This document shows positions 58,657-64,000 of a stretch of 64,000 nucleotides of DNA, one piece after another (position 1 is the first letter of the stretch; every line of letters starts with the position of its first letter). The notes under the pieces are model-generated. The model searched no databases. It had not been told where the DNA came from and saw only the letters and a program-made list of their open reading frames with translations. The stretch is from assembly GCA_036501025.1 (NCBI GenBank), contig DASYBB010000096.1, positions 3,645 through 67,644 on the forward strand, read 5' to 3'. This DNA comes from Streptosporangiaceae bacterium (GTDB taxonomy: Bacteria; Actinomycetota; Actinomycetes; Streptosporangiales; Streptosporangiaceae). The position numbers and the translations under genes were made by a program.

Positions 58657-59355
58657 TCAGCCGTCCGCGAGGGCCAGGTCGACCGCGGCCAGGGCGTGCA
58701 GCCGGGTCGTCGGGAAGTACGGCAGGCCGACGTCGCCGGGCCCGACCAGGAGCTCGATCTCGGTGCAGCCGGCGATGATGCCCTCGGCGCCGCGCTCCCG
58801 CAGCCGGCCGATGACGCCGAGGCAGCACTCCCGCGACTCGGCCCGGACGACGCCCTGGACGAGCTCGTCAAAGATGACCTGATGGACGAGGGTCCGATCG
58901 GGCTCGTCCGGAACGAGCACGGTGAGGCCGTGCGCCCGCTCCAGCCGGTCCCGGTAGAAGTCGCCCTCCATGGTGTACCGCGTGCCGAGCAGCCCGGCGC
59001 GCGTCACCCCGGCGGCGGCCACGGCCCGGCCGGTCACGTCGGCGATGTGCAGGAACGGGATCGTGATGGCCGCCTCGATCCGGCCGGCCATCCGGTGCAT
59101 GGTGTTAGTGCACAGCACCAGCAGCTGCGCTCCGCCGGCCTCGAGGGCGCGGGCGCCGTCCGCCAGCAGCGCGCCGGCCTCTTCCCACCGGCCGGCCGCC
59201 TGCAGGCCCTCGATGGTCGCGAAGTCGTACGAGCGGATCAGCAGGTCCCCGGAGTGCACCCCGCCCAGGCGCCGCCGCGCCTCCTGGTTGATGATCCGCT
59301 CGTAGGCGATCGATGATTCCCAGCTCATGCCCCCGAGCAGGCCGATCGTCTTCAT
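58657..59355 (-). CDS. Aspartate/glutamate racemase family protein (aspartate racemase-like)
   Basis: IGLLGGMSWESS, LVLCTNTMH and IIAGCTEIEL, the two catalytic Cys motifs. Confidence 0.9.
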   Translation of the reverse strand: MKTIGLLGGMSWESSIAYERIINQEARRRLGGVHSGDLLIRSYDFATIEGLQAAGRWEEAGALLADGARALEAGGAQLLVLCTNTMHRMAGRIEAAITIPFLHIADVTGRAVAAAGVTRAGLLGTRYTMEGDFYRDRLERAHGLTVLVPDEPDRTLVHQVIFDELVQGVVRAESRECCLGVIGRLRERGAEGIIAGCTEIELLVGPGDVGLPYFPTTRLHALAAVDLALADG

Positions 59356-59421
59356 GCCGGCAGCACCCCGTTTCGTGTGAATGGAGATGGCGGGCCGGGC
59401 GGCGCCGGCGGCCTCGCCGGG

Positions 59422-60447
59422 TCACTGCCAGGGCCGGGCCGCGCGGGTGGCCCAGTAGCTGGCCGGCGGCTCGGCCAGGCCGGCCGGCCAGGCGACGTCG
59501 CCGACGGTCAGCGCGGCCAGGTTGGCGTGCAGCTGCGCGACACTGACCGCCCCCGACAGCACCACGGTGGCCCACGGGTTGGCCAGCGCGGCCGCCAGGG
59601 CCAGGGCGTCCTCGCCGACGCCGCGCCCGGCGGCCAGCGCTGCGAGCGGCCGGGCCGACGGCGCGCCGGGGGCCAGCCGCCCGTTGGCCAGCGCCTCCTT
59701 GACCAGGACGGCCCAGCCGGCCGCGGCCGCCTCCGCCGCGGCGGGACCGACCGACGGCTCCAGCACGTTCCAGGTCACCTGGGCCACGGAGAACAGCGGG
59801 CGCCCGCCCGCCGACGCCGCCAGCGCGCGGCGCAGGACCTCGGCCTGGTGCGGGCCGCTGGTCGTCACGCCCAGCCGCACGCCGCTGTCGCGCAGGTCGC
59901 CCAGGGCGGCCAGCAGGCCGGGGTCGCCCAGCAGGGGAGAGTCCGGGGTCAGCGAGTGCACCTGGTACAGGGCCAGCCGGTCGCCGAGCAGCGCCCTGGT
60001 CTGCGCCAGCTGGGCGGTGAAGGCGGCCAGCGAGTGCTCTTTGACCTCGTGCTGGCCTGTGTCCAGGCGCCAGCCGCCGGTGTAGCGGTAGCCCCACTTC
60101 GAGCCCGCCACCATCGCGGAATGGCCCGGCCGGGCCAGCCAGTCGGCCAGGAACTCCTCGGCCCGGCCGTACGAGCGGGCCGCGTCCGCGTACCGGATCC
60201 CGGCCGCCCAGGCCGCGTCGAGGACGGCGAGCGTCCGGGCGCGCAGCGCGGCCACGCTGCGGTCGGGCAGGTCGCCGGCCCGGCCGCCGGTGATGTAGGC
60301 CGGACGGCCGAGGGCGGCCAGGCCCAGGCCCAGCCGCGACACCACCGGCCCGCCCGGCCCGAGGCTGCGCTCGCCCGCGGCCGCGGGGGCCGCCGCGGCG
60401 GGGTCGGCGGGCGCCGGCGCGGGGTCGGCGCTCGGGTCCCGGGGCAT
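59422..60447 (-). CDS. Aldo/keto reductase
   Basis: LGLGLAALGRP..., IRYADAARSYG..., YQVHS. The N-terminal Ala/Pro-rich 30 aa make the exact start uncertain. Confidence 0.85.
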   Translation of the reverse strand: MPRDPSADPAPAPADPAAAAPAAAGERSLGPGGPVVSRLGLGLAALGRPAYITGGRAGDLPDRSVAALRARTLAVLDAAWAAGIRYADAARSYGRAEEFLADWLARPGHSAMVAGSKWGYRYTGGWRLDTGQHEVKEHSLAAFTAQLAQTRALLGDRLALYQVHSLTPDSPLLGDPGLLAALGDLRDSGVRLGVTTSGPHQAEVLRRALAASAGGRPLFSVAQVTWNVLEPSVGPAAAEAAAAGWAVLVKEALANGRLAPGAPSARPLAALAAGRGVGEDALALAAALANPWATVVLSGAVSVAQLHANLAALTVGDVAWPAGLAEPPASYWATRAARPWQ

Positions 60448-60534
60448 GACCGTGACGTTACCGCCCGGCCGGTTGACACCCCTCGCCGGCGCAGCCGACG
60501 ATCAGACAGTCGCGCGACGCGGAGGAGACGCAGC

Positions 60535-60927
60535 ATGATCATCGCACCGGGAGACGGCGGCTCGGCCTCGGAGCGGCGGGACGCGACCTTCACCGGCGAG
60601 GTGTGGGCCACCCCGGTGGTGTCCGCGCCGGGCGAGGCGATGATCGCCTCGATCTTCTTCGCCCCCGGCGCCCGGACGTTCTGGCACAGCCACGACGGCG
60701 GGCAGGTCCTGCAGGTGCTGGCCGGGTCCGGCCTGGTCGGCCGCCGGGGCGAGCCGCCCCGCGCCCTGCGGCCGGGCGACACCGTCTGGGCGCCGCCCGG
60801 CGAGGTGCACTGGCACGGCGCCGGGACGCACAGTTCCCTGAGTCACCTGGCCGTATCGCTGGGCACCACGCAGTGGGCCGAGCCGGTGGGGCCGGCCGAC
60901 TACCCCGAGGCGCCCGCCCCGTCCTGA
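60535..60927 (+). CDS. Cupin domain protein
   Basis: 130 aa from the ATG at 60535 (RBS GGAGGAG): FFAPGARTFWHSHDGGQVLQVLAGSG...GDTVWAPPGEVHWHGA. Confidence 0.85.
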   Translation: MIIAPGDGGSASERRDATFTGEVWATPVVSAPGEAMIASIFFAPGARTFWHSHDGGQVLQVLAGSGLVGRRGEPPRALRPGDTVWAPPGEVHWHGAGTHSSLSHLAVSLGTTQWAEPVGPADYPEAPAPS

Positions 60928-61184
60928 GCGCCCGCCGTCTTCCTGCCCGAAAATGGCTTCTCCCGCCGCACCGGGCGCAATTTATCCCAAAGTCACGGCG
61001 ATTCCGGCGCTTTTCCCTGATCGGCTGTCGCCGATGTCTCGTGCCTTGCGGGAAACGTCCGGAGATATTGAATCGGGCGCCAATAGGCCTTTACCATTAA
61101 TCCGATCCGGTCAGCTGGCCGCGGCCGGGACTCGCCGCCCCGCCGCGGGGGCCCATTGCCAGTGGGCACCAGCCGGATCAGTAT

Positions 61185-61198
61185 GGGGCATATGCCCC
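61185..61198. promoter_or_regulatory. Perfect 14-bp palindrome GGGGCATATGCCCC upstream of the DUF3311-SSS operon
   Basis: Read directly from the sequence. It ends 34 nt before the ATG at 61233. Confidence 0.4.
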
Positions 61199-61232
61199 CA
61201 TCCCGCTCCGGGGGCATGGTCCGGAGGATGCG

Positions 61233-61517
61233 ATGTCGCAGCCAGGCCGATCCGGCCGCAGGCCCGCCAGGTGGGCCGTCGTCACCGTCCTGCTGGCGAT
61301 CGGGGTAGCGGGCACCCTGGTGGTGCCGCTGTACGCGCGCCCCGGGCCGCAGCTCGGCGCCTTCCCCTTCTTCTACTGGTACCAGCTCGCCTGGATCCCG
61401 CTCGTCGCGATCCTGAGCACCGCCGCCTACCTCCTGGTCCGCAGGCCGGGCCGGGCGGGCCCGCCCGGCGGCGGCGCGCACCGGGCCGACCCGAGGGGGC
61501 CCGATGAGCCACGTTAA
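61233..61517 (+). CDS. DUF3311 small membrane protein (symporter accessory subunit type)
   Basis: Two TM helices with FPFFYWYQLAWIPL. It overlaps the start of the following SSS gene by 14 nt. Confidence 0.8.
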   Translation: MSQPGRSGRRPARWAVVTVLLAIGVAGTLVVPLYARPGPQLGAFPFFYWYQLAWIPLVAILSTAAYLLVRRPGRAGPPGGGAHRADPRGPDEPR

Positions 61518-63138
61518 CGCCGTCTCGTTCACCATCCTGGTCGTCGCGTTCCTGGTCGTTGCGCTCGTCGGCTTCGCCGCCGCCCGGTGGCGGCGGGCCG
61601 AGTCCATGCTGCACCTGGACGAGTGGGGCCTCGGCGGCCGCGGCTTCGGCACGTTCGTGAGCTGGTTCCTGCTCGGCGGCGACCTGTACACCGCCTACAC
61701 CTTCATCGCGGTGCCCGCGCTGGTCTTCGGCGTCGGCGCGGCCGGGTTCTTCGCCGTCCCGTACACGATCATGGTCTTCCCCATCGTGTTCGTCTTCGCG
61801 CCGCGGCTGTGGTCGGTGTGCCGCGTCCACGGCTACGTCACGCCCGCCGACTTCGTGCGCGGCCGGTACGGCTCCCGCGGCCTGGCCCTCGCCATCGCCG
61901 TGACCGGGATCCTGGCCACCATGCCCTACATCGCCCTCCAGCTCGTCGGCATCGAGTCGGTGCTGACGGTCCTGGGCGTGGGCGCCAGCTCCGGCAGCAC
62001 GTTCCTGAAGGACCTGCCGCTGCTGATCGCGTTCCTGGTCCTGGCCGCCTACACCTACCTGTCCGGGCTGCGCGCCCCGGCCCTGACCGCGTTCATCAAG
62101 GACACGCTGGTCTATGTCGTGATCATCGTGGCCGTCATCTACATCCCGACCCGGGTCGGCGGCTGGTCGCACATCTTCAGCACCGCCGCCACCCACCTGG
62201 CCAGCACCAACCCCAAGACCGGCAAGCCGTTCGGCGCCCTGGTCACCCCGCCGGCGGGGGAGTGGGCCTACGCCACCCTGGCCCTCGGCTCGGCGCTCGC
62301 GCTGTTCATGTACCCGCACGCCATCACCGGCGTGCTGGCCACCAAGCGCCGGGACGTCATCCGCCGGAACATGGCGCTGCTGCCGGCCTACTCCCTGATC
62401 CTCGGCCTCGTCGCGCTGCTCGGCTTCATGGCCCTGGCCTCCCCGGCGGTCACCGCCGGGGTCAAGGCCGCCGGCGGCAACGCCCAGCTCGCGGTGCCGC
62501 TGCTGTTCGCGAACATCTTCCCGAGCTGGTTCGCGGGCATCGGCTACGCGGCCATCGTCATCGGCGCGCTGGTCCCGGCCGCGATCATGTCGATCGCCGC
62601 CGCCAACCTGGTCACCCGCAACATCTACCGGGAGTTCTTCGCCCGCAACGCCAGCCCGGCCCACGAGACCCGGGTGGCCCAGGGCGTCTCGCTCATCGTC
62701 AAGGCCGGCGCACTGGTCTTCGTGCTCGCCCTCAGCAAGTCGTTCGCCATCAACCTGCAGCTGCTCGGCGGCATCTGGATCCTGCAGACCTTCCCGGCCA
62801 TCGTGATCGGCCTGTACACCCGGTGGTTCAACCGCTGGGCGCTGCTCACCGGGTGGGCGGCGGCCATGGCCTACGGGACCATCGTGGCCTACAACCAGCC
62901 GGCCGCGGGCGCGCCCGGCACGCACTTCGGGGCCTCCACCGCCGTGGTCCCGGTCCTGCACCAGACGGCCTACATCGCCATCAGCGCGTTCGTCATCAAT
63001 CTCGTCGTCGCCGTGGTGCTGACCGTCGTGGCCCGGCTAGTGCACCTGCCCGACGGCCCGGACGAGACCCAGCCCGCCCACTACACCGCCGACCCCGAGG
63101 AGGCCCCGGTCACCGTCCCGGTCAAGAGCGCCCCGTAG
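61504..63138 (+). CDS. Sodium:solute symporter family transporter (MctC/MctP-like monocarboxylate type)
   Basis: 544 aa: WGLGGRGFGTFVSWFLLGGDLYTAYTFIAVPALVFG, 13-TM pattern, paired with DUF3311. Confidence 0.9.
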   Translation: MSHVNAVSFTILVVAFLVVALVGFAAARWRRAESMLHLDEWGLGGRGFGTFVSWFLLGGDLYTAYTFIAVPALVFGVGAAGFFAVPYTIMVFPIVFVFAPRLWSVCRVHGYVTPADFVRGRYGSRGLALAIAVTGILATMPYIALQLVGIESVLTVLGVGASSGSTFLKDLPLLIAFLVLAAYTYLSGLRAPALTAFIKDTLVYVVIIVAVIYIPTRVGGWSHIFSTAATHLASTNPKTGKPFGALVTPPAGEWAYATLALGSALALFMYPHAITGVLATKRRDVIRRNMALLPAYSLILGLVALLGFMALASPAVTAGVKAAGGNAQLAVPLLFANIFPSWFAGIGYAAIVIGALVPAAIMSIAAANLVTRNIYREFFARNASPAHETRVAQGVSLIVKAGALVFVLALSKSFAINLQLLGGIWILQTFPAIVIGLYTRWFNRWALLTGWAAAMAYGTIVAYNQPAAGAPGTHFGASTAVVPVLHQTAYIAISAFVINLVVAVVLTVVARLVHLPDGPDETQPAHYTADPEEAPVTVPVKSAP

Positions 63139-63156
63139 CCGGCCGCCGGCTCAGCC

Positions 63157-63360
63157 TCATGGCCGGCCTCGGGGACGGGCTGCTGCGCGCGGGCTGACCG
63201 GCTCGGCCAGCGCCGGGGCCAGGAAGCAGACCGCGCCGGCCGCCGCCGCCGCGGCGACGAGGGCCAGCCGCAGGCCGGCCAGCCCGGCCAGGCCGCCGAT
63301 CAGGACCGGGCCGAGCAGGAAGCCCAGGTACCCGAGCGTGGCCACGCCCGCGATGGCCCG
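63157..63360 (-). pseudogene. C-terminal remnant (last about 2 TM helices) of an MFS transporter
   Basis: ...AIAGVATLGYLGFLLGPVLIGGLAGLAGLRLALVAAAAAAGAVCFLAPAL. The upstream part of track ORF 63157..63447 is Arg-rich and non-homologous. Confidence 0.45.
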
Positions 63361-63389
63361 CCCCGGCGGGCGGCGCCGGCGGCGCGGGC

Positions 63390-63602
63390 TCAGGTCGCTC
63401 TCAGGATCTCGATCTCGGTGGCGGTGGGGACGGGCTGCTTGAACCACCGCTCGGGGGTGTCCTCGATGAACGCGACCATGGCCTCGCGGCCGAAGAAGTT
63501 GGCCTCGATCCTCGACACCAGCATCTCCCGGCCCGGCCCGAGCCGCACCCGGTCACCGGGCTGCACGTCCGCCGCGGGGGCACTTCTCCACGAATCCGTC
63601 AT
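63390..63602 (-). CDS. Hypothetical 70-aa protein
   Basis: High GC3 and no low-complexity bias. No domain recognised. Confidence 0.5.
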   Translation of the reverse strand: MTDSWRSAPAADVQPGDRVRLGPGREMLVSRIEANFFGREAMVAFIEDTPERWFKQPVPTATEIEILRAT

Positions 63603-63634
63603 TCCGCCATCATGCCACTGCCCGGCCGGCCGGC

Positions 63635-63958
63635 TCAGGCTCCGTCGCCCGGCGCGACCGCCCCGCCGCTGCGCCAGTACTCGCCCGCCGACCGGGACAG
63701 GAAATCGTCATCGACGAGGTACCGCCGCAAAGCGGCGTAGTCCGGGTACAGCTCCCGCAGGAACAGGCTGACCTGGCGCTCGGGGTACCGGATGCCGGGC
63801 TCGAACCCCTGGGCGACCGCGTCGAGCAGCAGCAGGCGCCGCGCCCGCCGGGCCGGCAGGACCGCGATCTGCCCGTCGCGGACGAACGGCCGCAGCCGCT
63901 CGTCCCCGTCCAGCGCCGCTAGCACGCTCCGCGGGTCGGGGTCAGGCGCATCAGGCAT
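63635..63958 (-). CDS. DUF2087 domain protein
   Basis: FVRDGQIAVLPARRARRLLLLDAVAQGFEPGIRYPERQVSLFLRELYPDYAALRRYLVDDDFLSRSAGEYWR. Start is at 63958 or 63994. Confidence 0.7.
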   Translation of the reverse strand: MPDAPDPDPRSVLAALDGDERLRPFVRDGQIAVLPARRARRLLLLDAVAQGFEPGIRYPERQVSLFLRELYPDYAALRRYLVDDDFLSRSAGEYWRSGGAVAPGDGA

Positions 63959-64000
63959 GGACGCACTCTCCCGGGCGCCGGCCCCGGTGCTCAAGCCAGT

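Noticed and set aside
61282-62961. 559-aa minus-strand ORF, and the alternative-frame 536-aa plus-strand ORF (61587..63197)
   Set aside because: They overlap the sodium:solute symporter, whose frame has clear TM periodicity. These alternatives are charged low-complexity sequences.

Overview
Very G+C-rich window (codon third positions almost all G/C), typical of an actinomycete chromosome (Streptomyces- or Streptosporangiales-like). I could not assign a taxon. I support about 55 intact protein genes. There is no rRNA, no complete tRNA, no CRISPR array and no intact mobile element.

Main modules, left to right:
- An ISAs1 transposase fragment at the left edge.
- A TetR/SDR pair.
- A LacI-controlled oligosaccharide locus: cytoplasmic clan GH-A hydrolase, Dpp/Opp-type ABC importer and BadF-type sugar kinase, with an identical 22-bp operator in two places.
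- An AraC/AKR pair, followed by an orphan tRNA-Met 3' fragment fused to a truncated RibD_C gene.
- Three RibD_C (DHFR-family) paralogues in different states of decay.
- A frameshifted ECF-like sigma factor with a SnoaL tail.
- A 933-aa PabB-PabC-PabA triple fusion behind a DHA2 MFS exporter and a divergent LysR regulator.
- An ABC-2 exporter whose large permease carries a roughly 270-aa lectin-like extracytoplasmic domain, divergent from an intramembrane-type HisKA_3 kinase and LuxR response regulator.
- An ssuCBAD sulfonate locus with a flavin reductase and a 480-nt divergent leader.
- A PAS-GAF-PP2C-HATPase protein.
- A CoA-ligase/reductase/peptidase/hydratase/aminotransferase cluster.
- A STAND NB-ARC-TPR protein with an atypical P-loop.
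- An NCS1 permease, and a DUF3311 plus SSS monocarboxylate-type symporter.

The window carries at least 10 gene remnants or pseudogenes, which points to a decaying accessory region. All function calls come from motif recognition by eye. No database search was run.
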